Below, one piece after another: positions 19,962 to 29,920 of a stretch of DNA of 64,000 bases. The notes below the pieces were generated by a model. The model was not told the origin of the DNA and searched no databases. It saw only the letters and a list, made by a program, of their open reading frames with translations. This stretch comes from an uncultured delta proteobacterium (GTDB taxonomy: Bacteria > Desulfobacterota > RBG-13-43-22). The stretch is from assembly GCA_963790475.1 (NCBI GenBank), contig CAWBOS010000012.1:288001-352000 (forward strand). The letters run 5' to 3'. Numbering within the stretch: position 1 is the stretch's first letter; the number at the start of each line of letters is the position of its first letter. The position numbers and the translations under genes were made by a program.

Positions 19962-21077
19962 ATGGACTTTAGACTTTCTGAAGAACAACAGCTATTCAAA
20001 ACATCGGTTAATAATTTTCTTTCCAAGAATTACCAGACCGATGTACTTCGAAAAATGTTAAAAGGAGAGATGGAATTTCCATCCGAGCTATGGGAAAAAA
20101 TATCGGAACTGGGATGGCTGGGCGTGGCCATTCCGGAGGATTATAGGGGAAGCGGGATGGGATTTCAAGAGCTGGTCATCCTTTTTGAGGAAATGGGAAG
20201 CGCCTGCCTGATCAGTCCCGTCCTTTCGACGGTGCTTTCTTCTTTGATCATTCTTGATGCCGGAAACAAGAAACAAAAAGAGGATTTTTTACCTAAGCTG
20301 GCGGCAGGGGAACTCGTCTTTGCCCTGGCCCTGCATGAACCGGGTTTTTATTATCAGGAAGGTGGAATTAATCTTAAGGCCTCCAAGGTCAATGACGACT
20401 TTGTCCTCGACGGCATAAAGGCCCCTGTTCCGAGTGGAGGAATAGCGGATTATTTTATCTGTCTGGCCAATACCGGCGACCGGAAGACCACACTTTTTAT
20501 CTTGAAAGCCGATACGCCCGGTATCACCTTGTCCCCTCTTAAGACCATGGCCGGCGACAGCCAAGCCGAGGTCCGTTTTGATCAGGTGACGGTTTCCCTT
20601 GAAAATATTTTAGGAGAGGCGAACCGGGGCTGGGCCTATGTGGAAAAAATAATATCAAAAGCAGCGCTTTTAAAAAGTGCCGAGATGCTGGGCGGGTCAC
20701 GAAAAACCCTGGAGATGTGTGTGGAGTATATGAAAGTGCGGGAACAGTTCGGGCAGACCCTGAGCAATTTCCAGGCGGTTCAGCACAAATGTGCGGAGAT
20801 GCTTACCTATGTCGAACTTTCAAAGGATATTGTTTACAAGCCGGCCTGGATGATCGATCGGGGGATGGCCTGCGACCTGGATATCGCCATGGCCAAGGCC
20901 TGGACCAGCGATGCCTATCGGAGGGTGGTCCAAACTTCTTTTCAGTTGTTCGGGGCCATCGCTTTTTGCGAAGAACATGACATGCACTTGTACTTACGCC
21001 AGGCCAAAGCGAGCGAAGTGAGTTTTGGGGATTCTACCTTTCAGCGCGATGTGATTGCTGACCATTTGTTTGCCTGA
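19962..21077 (+). CDS. Acyl-CoA dehydrogenase, partner subunit of a probable heteromeric pair
   Basis: MDFRLSEEQ start, REQFGQTLSNFQAVQH, FGAIAFCEEHDMHLY motifs. Confidence 0.9.
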   Translation: MDFRLSEEQQLFKTSVNNFLSKNYQTDVLRKMLKGEMEFPSELWEKISELGWLGVAIPEDYRGSGMGFQELVILFEEMGSACLISPVLSTVLSSLIILDAGNKKQKEDFLPKLAAGELVFALALHEPGFYYQEGGINLKASKVNDDFVLDGIKAPVPSGGIADYFICLANTGDRKTTLFILKADTPGITLSPLKTMAGDSQAEVRFDQVTVSLENILGEANRGWAYVEKIISKAALLKSAEMLGGSRKTLEMCVEYMKVREQFGQTLSNFQAVQHKCAEMLTYVELSKDIVYKPAWMIDRGMACDLDIAMAKAWTSDAYRRVVQTSFQLFGAIAFCEEHDMHLYLRQAKASEVSFGDSTFQRDVIADHLFA

Positions 21078-21139
21078 CCATCGTTCTCCTGCCCCGGGTG
21101 TATAATTATCGTGTCGATTCAGCTTCTTAAAACTGTTAT

Positions 21140-21293
21140 CACCGCAGAGATACGGAGTTCACAGAGAAGAAAATTTAACAATAGCCGTTGAGAGGCCGGC
21201 ATCGGCCGAAGGCCAGAACCGGTTAGAACAATCCCGCCTCGCATGGGATTGTTCTAAAAAAATTCTCTCTGCGCTCTTGGCGCCTCAGCGGTG
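21140..21293. repeat. MITE-like palindromic element, family B copy 1
   Basis: CACCGCAGAG... and ...CTCAGCGGTG termini; internal AGAACAATCCCG...GGGATTGTTCT palindrome also found at 30241-30272 and 42992-43020. Confidence 0.7.
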
Positions 21294-21351
21294 AATAATA
21301 GCTCTTTTTAAGCACCTGAAATCGAGTTTCAATTATATAAAAGGAGATATC

Positions 21352-22107
21352 ATGGAACGATTCAAGGATAAAGTGGCCGTGGTGACCGGGGGAGCCCAGG
21401 GCATAGGCGAGGCAATAGCCAAAAGGCTGGCCGCTGAAGGCGCTGCCATCGGCATCTTTGATATTCAGTCCGGAAAGGCCCAGGAAGTGGTAGACGATAT
21501 CGCCTCTCGGGGAGGAAAGTCCGCAGCTTTTACAGCGGACATCACGATTGCCAAAGATGTTCGGCAGGCGGTTGCCGGCGCGGAAAATAGATTTGGGAAA
21601 ATAGACATCCTGATAAATAACGCCGGTTGGAGCAAGTTGGTGCCGTTTCTGGATATTAACGACGAGCTGTGTGACCAACTGATAGCCGTCAACCTCAAAG
21701 GGCTCATAACCATCACCAAAGCGGTGGTCGGCGGTATGATAAAGAGGAACTATGGGCGGATTGTCAACATTGCTTCGGATGCGGGCCGAGTCGGGGCCAC
21801 GAAGGAATCTGTATATTCAGCCTGTAAGGGCGGCGTGATCGCTATCACCAAAACGCTGGCCCAGGAATTGGCCAGATATAATATCCTGGTAAATTGTGTG
21901 GCGCCGGGAGTTATCCAGACTCCTTTGCTGGCCAGTACGACTGAACCCAATTTGAAACGTTCCGAGGCTTTCATGAAGCGGATACCGCTGCGGCGAAAGG
22001 GGAAGCCTGAAGAAATAGCGGCGGCTGTAGCTTTCCTGACCTCAGAGGACGCTGACTATATTACCGGCCAAACCCTGAGCGTGAGCGGAGGGCTAACTAT
22101 GATATAG
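21352..22107 (+). CDS. SDR oxidoreductase, BadH-like (2-hydroxycyclohexanecarboxyl-CoA / 3-oxoacyl dehydrogenase type)
   Basis: TGGAQGIG, NNAGW, IVNIASDAGRVG, YSACKGG motifs. Confidence 0.85.
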   Translation: MERFKDKVAVVTGGAQGIGEAIAKRLAAEGAAIGIFDIQSGKAQEVVDDIASRGGKSAAFTADITIAKDVRQAVAGAENRFGKIDILINNAGWSKLVPFLDINDELCDQLIAVNLKGLITITKAVVGGMIKRNYGRIVNIASDAGRVGATKESVYSACKGGVIAITKTLAQELARYNILVNCVAPGVIQTPLLASTTEPNLKRSEAFMKRIPLRRKGKPEEIAAAVAFLTSEDADYITGQTLSVSGGLTMI

Positions 22108-22256
22108 GGCCGTTGAATTGCCGGACATTTCACTACTTTTTACAAATTCATCATTTTACCTTGCTCTCTTTTTTATTGATAAAGAAATGATTAAATAGAT
22201 TTGAACGGGACCTTTGATAAAAAAACCATAAATCATTAGAGAAGGGAACCAAAGCC

Positions 22257-23063
22257 ATGACCGATTACAGTCGCTACGAATTCATTAAGGTTGAAAAAGA
22301 AGGGAAGTTGGCCACCTTAACCCTAAACCGTCCGGAGTCGCTCAACGCCATCCACCCTCAGTTGCACCGGGAGATCGAGAATATCTGGATGGATGTGGCC
22401 CGTGATGAGGCGGTTAATGCTGTTATTCTTACCGGTGCCGGAAAAGCCTTTAGCGCCGGTGGGGATGTAAAAGGTATGGACTCAAGAAATGATCCAGACG
22501 CAGCGAGACGTTATTCCCTTATGACCGTAGCCAACGCTCGCCGGTTGATTCAGAATATGTTGATGGTCGAACAACCGATTATCGGGGCCATTAACGGGGA
22601 TGCCGTGGGACTTGGGGCCACCATCGCCCTCTTTTGCGACGTGGTCATCGCCGCGGAAAAGGCCCGCTTCGGGGACCCCCATGTAAAAGTCGGCATTGTG
22701 GCCGGGGATGGAGGGGCGATCATTTGGCCGGCGTTGATCGGTGTTTCCCGGGCCAAGGAGTTTCTGATGACCGGAAAGCTCATCAATGCCGTTGAGGCAG
22801 AACGGCTGGGCCTGGTCAACCATGCCGTCCCTTCAGATGAAGTCCTGCCAAAGGCCCGTGAGCTGGCCGGGGAATTAGCCGAGGGGCCCACCTGGGCCAT
22901 ACGCTACACCAAGGTGGCGGTCAACAAATGGTTGAGTCATCAGGTGAATTTGATTCTTGATGCGTCTCTCGGCCTGGAAATGCTTACCTTCGGAACGACC
23001 GATCATAAAGAGGCCACCCGCGCCTGGATGGAGAAGAGGAAACCCCAATTTAAAGGATTCTAA
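22257..23063 (+). CDS. Enoyl-CoA hydratase/isomerase (crotonase family)
   Basis: LNRPESLNA, FSAGGDV, DPHVKVGIVAGDGG motifs. Confidence 0.9.
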   Translation: MTDYSRYEFIKVEKEGKLATLTLNRPESLNAIHPQLHREIENIWMDVARDEAVNAVILTGAGKAFSAGGDVKGMDSRNDPDAARRYSLMTVANARRLIQNMLMVEQPIIGAINGDAVGLGATIALFCDVVIAAEKARFGDPHVKVGIVAGDGGAIIWPALIGVSRAKEFLMTGKLINAVEAERLGLVNHAVPSDEVLPKARELAGELAEGPTWAIRYTKVAVNKWLSHQVNLILDASLGLEMLTFGTTDHKEATRAWMEKRKPQFKGF

Positions 23064-23153
23064 ACGCGGTTCTCCCTCAGTTTGATCGTCTTATGTTCGA
23101 GGAAGGGAGGTTGCTTTCTATATTATCAAAAGGTTTCTATGGAGGTAAAAGAA

Positions 23154-23582
23154 ATGAAAGTTGAAAAGATAGATCATGTTCATATCTTTGTAAAGAATCT
23201 GGATAAAGCCCTAAAGTTTTTCGAAGAGGCGCTGGGCACAAGATTCGCCGGACCCCGTAATTCCAAAAATCTGGATGCCAGGACCACACTTGACCCCATC
23301 GGACTGGAAATTATTGAAGGTGTCTCCCCGGACGGTCCGGTCAACAAGACCATCGAGCGAAGGGGGGAGGGCCTGGCCGCCATCTCCCTGAAAGTTCCTG
23401 ACATTGAGGAGGCCATCGCCCACCTGGAATCACTTGGTGTCAGGCTTGTGCGACGCATAGAAACCGGCAAGATAAAAGAGGCTCAATTCCATCCCAAGGA
23501 TACATTCGGGGTAATGATTGAGCTTTGCGAATATGAACTTGAGCACGGGGCGCATATAGCCAGCAGCTTTGGGCGGAAATGA
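23154..23582 (+). CDS. VOC-family protein, methylmalonyl-CoA epimerase-like
   Basis: KIDHVHIFVKNLD, RGEGL, FHPKDTFGVMIELCE motifs; GGAGG RBS before ATG 23154. Confidence 0.8.
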   Translation: MKVEKIDHVHIFVKNLDKALKFFEEALGTRFAGPRNSKNLDARTTLDPIGLEIIEGVSPDGPVNKTIERRGEGLAAISLKVPDIEEAIAHLESLGVRLVRRIETGKIKEAQFHPKDTFGVMIELCEYELEHGAHIASSFGRK

Positions 23583-23649
23583 AGGCAGTGTTTTCTCCTA
23601 AATTAACCATCGCCACCGTCGCCCATTTTCTGGCCTCGGAGGCTTCATC

Positions 23650-23958
23650 CTATATGACCGGAGAGGCCATCCTGGTGGATGGCGGCGTTTTATTGTCGCG
23701 CCCGTAAACCCCTGCCTTTCCGGTCCGTTGGACGATGAGGGTGAAGAATCCGCCTCCCCGGCCCAGGTCGGCCAAGGTCTTGGCTTCCCGGATGTCATGA
23801 ATAAAAGAAATTCTCTGCTTAAATTTGTCTTCCGAGGGCTTCGAATCTTTATGATACCTCCTGGTATCGAAAATCATCATGCGATCTGAAAGTTTGAGCT
23901 GAATTTTGGCTGAGGTTTCGTATCCTTCTACTATTGAGGCGGTAATGGTGATGACCAC
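23650..23958 (-). CDS. Hypothetical protein (uncertain)
   Basis: 102-aa ORF filling the gap directly downstream of the VOC gene; no recognisable motif. Confidence 0.3.
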   Translation of the reverse strand: MVITITASIVEGYETSAKIQLKLSDRMMIFDTRRYHKDSKPSEDKFKQRISFIHDIREAKTLADLGRGGGFFTLIVQRTGKAGVYGRDNKTPPSTRMASPVI

Positions 23959-23975
23959 CCCCCAAAGGCTTATCG

Positions 23976-24370
23976 CTACACCTTTCTATGAACCAATTCA
24001 ATGCTCACTCCATCCGGGGCTTCGATAAAAGCGATACGCGCCGCGGGACCAAAATCCATGGGATCGACCGTAAACTTAACCCCGTTTTTCTTGAGGTCCC
24101 CGCAAAACTCGTCGAAATCACAATCCACCCGGAACCCGAAATGATCCGTTCCCCACTCTATTCCGGTTTTCCCCTTAACCTGTTCTCCCGGCCTCTGGCC
24201 GCGAATAATAATGGTGGCCCTTTGAAGGAGACAACAATTGAAGGCGCACCGCGGACTTCAGAGCTGTTGACCACCCTTCCTCCCAGTTTTTCCTCGTACC
24301 AGGCTGCTGAAGATTTAGGGTCTTTGCTGACCAGGTGAACGTGATCGAATACCATGTTTGGGTTACTCAT
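23976..24370 (-). pseudogene. VOC/glyoxalase-family gene with a one-base frameshift near 24218-24220 (possibly an assembly error)
   Basis: The N-part VFDHVHLVSKDP...VSFKG continues in another frame as ATIIIRGQR...GTDHFGFRV...IAFIEAPDGVSIELVHRKV* if one G is added to the GGG run. Confidence 0.75.
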
Positions 24371-24473
24371 AATAGTCTTCCTTTCTCAGAATAATGTTGA
24401 AATGGGATCACCTATAAAATGGCATTGTTAAGAGAAAAAAGATCTCCAAAGTAAAGAGGGGTACCGATTCTAT

Positions 24474-24707
24474 TCAGGTGGCCCTTTCAAGGCGCTCGGC
24501 TACCCAGACCTTGATGATGGACTGCCGAGGAACACCTAATCGTTTTGCTTCTTTATCCAACAGCTGAATCATCCATAAAGGAAAATCTACGTTTACCCTC
24601 TTCTGTTCCCGTCCAAGTTTTTTAGACTTTGAGAGATCAAGATTTTTAGAGATGTCTTTCCCTTCATCAAATTGTTTGTCGAATTCTTTAGCTTTCATAA
24701 ATTTCAA
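24474..24707 (-). CDS. brnA: BrnA-type (CopG/RHH) antitoxin
   Basis: KAKEFDKQFDEG...KRVNVDFPLWMIQLLDKEAKRLGVPRQSIIKVW; overlaps the toxin 3' end. Confidence 0.85.
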   Translation of the reverse strand: MKFMKAKEFDKQFDEGKDISKNLDLSKSKKLGREQKRVNVDFPLWMIQLLDKEAKRLGVPRQSIIKVWVAERLERAT

Positions 24708-24948
24708 CCTCTTCTTTTCGGGAACGGCGAACTGAAATAATTCTCTGGTTATTATTTCGGTAAGTAATTACACCTGACCAATGTTTTCCAGCAATCTTTC
24801 CGATAACCAGATATCTGGGTTCATCAATGATCTTGACCGGAATCTCAATAATCTCAGGATCATCCCATAAAGCCTGGGCCTCATAGAAATCAATGCCATG
24901 TTTTTTCTTATTCCTCAGACTTTTTCCGGGATCGAACTCAAAATCCAT
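24688..24948 (-). CDS. brnT: BrnT-family toxin
   Basis: FEFDPGKS..NKKKHGIDF.EA...RIISVRRSR.EE motifs. Confidence 0.9.
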   Translation of the reverse strand: MDFEFDPGKSLRNKKKHGIDFYEAQALWDDPEIIEIPVKIIDEPRYLVIGKIAGKHWSGVITYRNNNQRIISVRRSRKEEVEIYES

Positions 24949-24949
24949 A

Positions 24950-24985
24950 GTATAATTATTATACCTTTTATGTATAAAAAGTCAA
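24950..24985 (-). promoter_or_regulatory. brnTA promoter with palindromic operator; near-leaderless transcript
   Basis: Minus-strand TTGACT (24985-24980), 16 nt, TATAAT (24963-24958); palindrome GTATAAT-T-ATTATAC at 24950-24964; ATG only 9 nt downstream of the -10 box. Confidence 0.7.
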
Positions 24986-25144
24986 TAGGGTATAATCATA
25001 ACAGGAGATGTAGTTTTATGTCGAATAACCAGGGCGAAGGTTGAATGGGAGGCAGGTATCAGCAATAATGTATTTAGCAGATCTTTTTCTCTTCAAAACA
25101 AGCGGCAACGTTCAAAGGCGAGGGGGGATCATCTTTTCAACTCC

Positions 25145-25915
25145 TTAACGCAAACTGCGGATAAAGTCTCCCACCGCTCCGCTCCCCTGTTGCTCCACGA
25201 TCCGGATCGTCTGGGAACCGATGACGGCGATGTCCGCCTTCCCTTTTATAAAATCGATGTCCCCTTTTTCTTTGATCCCAAAACCCAGGGCCAAAGGAAG
25301 AGAGGTGGCCTGTCGGCATCGGGCCAGATAGCCGGCCAGGTCTGAAGAAAATTGCGTATCGGCGCCGGTGACCCCTTTTCGGCTCAGGCAATAGATAAAT
25401 CCCTGACCCAGGGAAGCGATAAATTGCATCCGGTCGTCGGGCGTGGTGGGGGAAAAGAAAAGGATCGGGGAAAGGGTGAGTTTTTTCATCACCTCGAGAT
25501 ACTCCTGCCCTTCTTCCGGCGGAAGATCGGGGACAATGGCGCCCTGCAGATTCCTTTGCTTTAAGGTTTGGGCGAATCGTTCCACCCCGTATTTGAAAAG
25601 GATATTGTAATAGCTCATGATGAAAAAAGGGATATCAAATGTCCCGGTCACCTTTTGGGCAAAATCAAGACAGGCTTTTACGGTTACTCCATTCTCCAGG
25701 GCCTTCTGATTGGCCTGAAGGATCACCGGCCCGTCAGCCATAGGTTCGGAAAAAGGGATCTGGAGTTCCATAAGATCCACCCCGGCCTCGACCATGGCCT
25801 CGATAACCTGAAAACAGGTCTCCCAGGATGGATACCCGAGCACGATATGGGTCATAAGCAGGATATCTTTTTCGGCCATTCTTTTTTTGAGATAAGCATC
25901 AAAGGGTATATTCAT
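25145..25915 (-). CDS. trpA: Tryptophan synthase alpha chain
   Basis: ELQIPFSEPMADGPVI, VPDLPPEE, SRKGVTG, LGFGI motifs; ATG 25915 overlaps the end of trpB. Confidence 0.95.
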   Translation of the reverse strand: MNIPFDAYLKKRMAEKDILLMTHIVLGYPSWETCFQVIEAMVEAGVDLMELQIPFSEPMADGPVILQANQKALENGVTVKACLDFAQKVTGTFDIPFFIMSYYNILFKYGVERFAQTLKQRNLQGAIVPDLPPEEGQEYLEVMKKLTLSPILFFSPTTPDDRMQFIASLGQGFIYCLSRKGVTGADTQFSSDLAGYLARCRQATSLPLALGFGIKEKGDIDFIKGKADIAVIGSQTIRIVEQQGSGAVGDFIRSLR

Positions 25916-27125
25916 GGGCTTTCTCCCGGATAAATTCTTTCCAGCTCGGGTCGTCAAAGGCATCGGCAATGGTGAAGATGTCCTTGTCTCCCCGCCCCGA
26001 TTGGTTGATGATGATACTCTCGTCTCGGGGTAATCGGCCGGCTTCCTTAAAGGCCTGGACAAAGCCGTGGGCCGACTCCAGGGCCGGGATCAATCCTTCT
26101 TTCTTCAGGGTAAGGGATAAGGCATCGATGACTTCCTGATCGGTGGCCGCTTCCACCCGAATCCTGCCCTGCTCTTTAAGGGAGGATAAAATGGGAGAGA
26201 CCCCGACATAATCCAGCCCGGCGGCCACGCTGTGGGTCTCTTTCATCTGCCCGTCACTATCCTGCAGGAAATAGCTTTTATAACCCTGGGCTACGCCGAT
26301 AGAGCCGTCCTTGGAGGCCAGCCTCGATGCATGACGGCCGCTGGTGAGTCCCTTCCCTCCGGCCTCCACACCGACCAGTTCCACAGGATCATTCAGGAAG
26401 GCATTAAAAATGCCCAAGGCGTTGGAGCCGCCCCCGACACAGGCATAAATCCGCTGGGGCAGTTTACCTTCCCTATCCAAAATCTGTTTCCGGGCTTCCT
26501 GGCCGATGATGGACTGAAAATAGGAGACCATTTCCGGAAAAGGGTGAGGGCCGCAGGCCGTGCCCAAAACATAATGGGTATCATCCATGTGGGTGATCCA
26601 ATCCCGGAAGGCCTCATTGATGGCATCTTTAAGTATGGCTGTCCCGTCTTTGACCGGAACGACTTCGGCGCCCAGGCGCTGCATCCAGAAGACATTGGGC
26701 CGTTGCCTTTTGACATCCACTTCTCCCATATAAATGGTACAACGAAAACCGAATTTGGCGGCCATGGTGGCCGTGGCTACGCCGTGCTGACCGGCCCCGG
26801 TTTCGGCAATGACCCGGGTCTTTTTCATCCGTTTCACCAGGAGCCCCTGACCCATGACGTTGTTGGCCTTGTGGGCCCCGGTGTGGTTCAGATCTTCTCT
26901 TTTAATGTAAATGCGAGCCCCTCCGAAATGGTTGGTCAGATTTTCGGCAAAGGTCAAAGGCGTAGGCCGGCAGGAATAGGTGGACATGATCTCCACATAT
27001 TCTTTCCAAAAGGCTGGATCGCCTTTGGCTTTTTCGAAGGCCTCCACCAGTTCATCAAAAGTGGCTACCAGGATTTCGGGAATAAAGGCTCCACCGAACT
27101 CCCCATAATAACCGCGGTTTTTCAT
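25899..27125 (-). CDS. trpB: Tryptophan synthase beta chain
   Basis: KREDLNHTGAHK PLP lysine motif, AETGAGQHG, CVGGGSN, SGRGDKD; AAGGAG RBS before ATG 27125. Confidence 0.97.
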   Translation of the reverse strand: MKNRGYYGEFGGAFIPEILVATFDELVEAFEKAKGDPAFWKEYVEIMSTYSCRPTPLTFAENLTNHFGGARIYIKREDLNHTGAHKANNVMGQGLLVKRMKKTRVIAETGAGQHGVATATMAAKFGFRCTIYMGEVDVKRQRPNVFWMQRLGAEVVPVKDGTAILKDAINEAFRDWITHMDDTHYVLGTACGPHPFPEMVSYFQSIIGQEARKQILDREGKLPQRIYACVGGGSNALGIFNAFLNDPVELVGVEAGGKGLTSGRHASRLASKDGSIGVAQGYKSYFLQDSDGQMKETHSVAAGLDYVGVSPILSSLKEQGRIRVEAATDQEVIDALSLTLKKEGLIPALESAHGFVQAFKEAGRLPRDESIIINQSGRGDKDIFTIADAFDDPSWKEFIREKAHEYTL

Positions 27126-27229
27126 CGTTGTTCGCTCCTTGAGATTAAGTTTCGAAGGCTGAAGACTGAAGGCAGAAGGAGAAATTTCAGAATCCAAATC
27201 TTCACAACTTCGTGCAAATCACAGAGATA

Positions 27230-27315
27230 GTCACCCCGGCGAAAGCCGGTCTCGCCAAAGGCGGGATGGATTCCGGCTGGAGTCTATCCCGCGCTTGATG
27301 CGGGACCGGAATGAC
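27230..27315. repeat. REP/REPIN-like palindromic element, family A
   Basis: GTCACCCCGGCGAAAGCCGG ... GGATTCCGG ... CCGGAATGAC. Confidence 0.7.
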
Positions 27316-27337
27316 GTAAAAAAGGATCGCCGACCTT

Positions 27338-27994
27338 TTACGATTCTGTCATTCTACTTTCATTCTGGCTTCTGGATTCTGTCTTCTTAATTTTTTCCAT
27401 CAACTGCTTCATCAATATGGGATCCTTCTTTCCCGGCCGGTTCTCAACCCCGCTGTTTACATCCACGGCGTAAGGATCGACTGTTCTGATAGCCTCTTGA
27501 ATATTTTCAGGCCCCAATCCCCCGGCTAGGATAACAGGGATTCCTGCTTCCTTGGCCTTAAGGGCCAGAGGCCAGTCAAAGGTCTGGCCCGTACCTCCGG
27601 ATTTCCCCTGCTGAAAGGTATCCAGAAGTACGGCCCTTACGATTCCCTGGTATCTGTTAATATTTTTTATGTCTCTTTCGTCCTGAATACGAAAGGCCTT
27701 GATAGCCTGAGGCATCAAGTCTCGACACATTCCCGGTGATTCCTCCCCGTGCAATTGAATAAGGTCAAGGCCGCAAAAGGATCTAATCTCCTTGATCCTG
27801 GACGGCTCTTCATTGACGAAGACCCCCACGGTCTTAACCAAAGGCGGCAGAGAATGAATAATTGTCCTGGCATCTATCGGCTTTATCCGTCTGGGACTTT
27901 CGGCGAAAATAAATCCAAGGGCGTCAGCTCCCATTCCTATAGCCAGCAGCGCATCTTCCAAATTCGTTATGCCGCAAATTTTTACTCTGGTCAT
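27338..27994 (-). CDS. trpF: Phosphoribosylanthranilate isomerase
   Basis: VKICGITN, IQLHGEE, GGTGQTFDW, LAGGL, DVNSGVE motifs. Confidence 0.97.
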   Translation of the reverse strand: MTRVKICGITNLEDALLAIGMGADALGFIFAESPRRIKPIDARTIIHSLPPLVKTVGVFVNEEPSRIKEIRSFCGLDLIQLHGEESPGMCRDLMPQAIKAFRIQDERDIKNINRYQGIVRAVLLDTFQQGKSGGTGQTFDWPLALKAKEAGIPVILAGGLGPENIQEAIRTVDPYAVDVNSGVENRPGKKDPILMKQLMEKIKKTESRSQNESRMTES

Positions 27995-28066
27995 CTCCCA
28001 TTCCCCTTAAACAGGAACATCTTAGGCGCTTAGTGAATCAACATCGACAAAGTTTTGTCGATAATA

Positions 28067-29725
28067 TTATGCTGCCATTTTATAAATTTCAAAAATTTGT
28101 TGCATCTCATGTTGGATATTTTTGTAATGAATATCGATAGTAGAGAAGTTTCCAGGTTTTGGTCCGGGATGATGCTTTTCAGCGCCAGCGAGCAGAGGAA
28201 TCAATATTTTTTCCCGCAGAACAAGGACAGCCGTCATCGAACGCAAGCCCACCGGGGTGGCCATATAACAGCGCGAATGGCCGATCATTTGAACCAGATC
28301 TTTACCTCTAAACTTTTTCAAGTCATAAGAAGCCTGCCGAGCCTGATACCGGCTCTGCGGGATTCTGAGAATTTCCCGGACTTTTTCTGCCAGATTCGCA
28401 GCCGTAAATCCACGGGGATGGATAGAAAGAGCAATAACAGCTTCCATGACCGCCCGGATACGAGGCCGATTGATATCGACCCCTCCCACGGAGGTGGCTC
28501 CAACCTTAGAGGGCAGAGGCCACTTCTCCAAGGTACCGTTATCAATAAAAGAAACATCGACCCCGTTCAGAACGGTGAGGAATCTTTCCAGGACTTCTTT
28601 AAGGGATTCGCAGATCTGTGGGAAACGATCGATCCGTTTTCCGCAACGCAACTGACTCGTATTGTGAATAATAACCTCGGTTCGGAGAACCCTTTCGCCT
28701 TTGCTATACATCTTGACCGTCATTTTTCCAAAATGGATTTTGAAGATCGTCAGATCATAGACAGGTCTCTCGACCGTGATCTCGAATCGAGGCAACGGTT
28801 TCTTGCCGTGATGACTGAATGGCCGGTGTCGATAGCCAAAAATAGTTCGAACCGTCTTGAGATTCAAAGGGGCTCTGGTTCGATCGATCAAGCCCTGGAA
28901 CACCTGATCCAAAGTTCGGCCTCGGTTAAAAAGCAGATTGCGGCTATACTCCATCTGATAAACAGAATAACTGTAATGGAAGCCACTGGCTTTCTGCTCC
29001 GAAAGATCCAAGGCAAAACAAAGACAGGCCGAATAAATCCATTGATCGCAGGTCCGAACCAGACGCCCTACAGAGCACGAGGCCCTCATGGTATCCGCGA
29101 TGTGGTCCAGACCTGCGCTATCGGTCACTGCCGTAAAGCAGTTACCTTCTTTAGTAAAGACAAGCCCTTGTTTCATGGCCTGACGGGATAGATATTCATG
29201 TCCGTTCAGGATGATCTGGGCATTAAAAGGAGGATGGGGACAGAGTTTGATGGTCAGATGTCCCCATTCCGGATCCATTATGTGGAACGAATAATGGTTG
29301 ACATAGGGGTAAGGGGTCTTGGTGGAAATGTTACTGATCCCCCCGCTTTTAGATCGCTGAATGTGGAAAAGGGGTGCCGGAGCAATCCCGGCCAGAATAC
29401 AAAATACACCCCGAAAGTTCGGATCCCCGGGAATATATTGCTCGGCCACCTCGTGCTTTCGTTCACCGCGCTGGCAATGGATCAAGGGAATACCTTCTTT
29501 CTTAGCATAGGCATGAATCCGTCGGCTGAGTCGTCCGGCAAAACGCATCAGGTTGGTATCATTCAGATCGTTATCTGTTCCCTTCAAGGCCCGCCACCAG
29601 GTTCTAAATCCTCCAGGGGACTGGCCAAAAATGAAATAGGCATTGAGCACAATACGATCAATACAATCATAAATGCCGTCAAGGTAGTCTTGATATTGCT
29701 TGCAAAATTCATCTGCCATGATCAT
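28067..29725 (-). CDS. Putative transposase/replication-initiator-like protein with Rep_trans-like nickase motifs and C-terminal winged HTH
   Basis: HFGKMTVKMYSKGERVLRTEV (Y340, E350) resembles the G...Y-x-K...R-x-E pattern of Rep_trans/phage replication initiators; C-terminal GFTAANL...ASYDLKKFRGKDLV...Y..T..G wHTH; no DDE or HUH motif recognised. Confidence 0.6.
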   Translation of the reverse strand: MIMADEFCKQYQDYLDGIYDCIDRIVLNAYFIFGQSPGGFRTWWRALKGTDNDLNDTNLMRFAGRLSRRIHAYAKKEGIPLIHCQRGERKHEVAEQYIPGDPNFRGVFCILAGIAPAPLFHIQRSKSGGISNISTKTPYPYVNHYSFHIMDPEWGHLTIKLCPHPPFNAQIILNGHEYLSRQAMKQGLVFTKEGNCFTAVTDSAGLDHIADTMRASCSVGRLVRTCDQWIYSACLCFALDLSEQKASGFHYSYSVYQMEYSRNLLFNRGRTLDQVFQGLIDRTRAPLNLKTVRTIFGYRHRPFSHHGKKPLPRFEITVERPVYDLTIFKIHFGKMTVKMYSKGERVLRTEVIIHNTSQLRCGKRIDRFPQICESLKEVLERFLTVLNGVDVSFIDNGTLEKWPLPSKVGATSVGGVDINRPRIRAVMEAVIALSIHPRGFTAANLAEKVREILRIPQSRYQARQASYDLKKFRGKDLVQMIGHSRCYMATPVGLRSMTAVLVLREKILIPLLAGAEKHHPGPKPGNFSTIDIHYKNIQHEMQQIFEIYKMAA

Positions 29726-29726
29726 C

Positions 29727-29891
29727 GGTCTTTCCCTGGTCGATCTTTTGATATGGAGGGCTCCCCAGTCATTGCCGGGGCCCCTTCTCGGCGGCTGCGA
29801 GAATGGGCCCCTGAGCGGCTCGTCGGAGCAGCCGCCTCAATTAGAGGTTCTTTTACAGCTAATATCGGGGCTACCCCTTAAGGGAAAGACC
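29727..29891 (-). ncRNA. Highly structured ~165-nt leader or candidate element-encoded RNA
   Basis: Perfect 11-bp closing stem GGTCTTTCCCT (29727-29737) / AGGGAAAGACC (29881-29891) enclosing GGGGCCC-TTCTCG/CGAGAA-GGGCCCC and GCGGCT/AGCCGC hairpins; it begins immediately after a promoter. Confidence 0.55.
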
Positions 29892-29920
29892 AGATTAAAG
29901 ACTCCGGGCTTTTAAGTCAA
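29892..29920 (-). promoter_or_regulatory. Internal sigma70 promoter of the insertion element
   Basis: Minus-strand TTGACT-N17-TAATCT directly upstream of the structured leader. Confidence 0.6.

Noticed and set aside
28055-29881. Long plus-strand ORFs (378 aa and 227 aa) antisense to the element ORF
   Set aside because: No recognisable motifs or RBS; they mirror the real gene and are best explained as antisense shadows.
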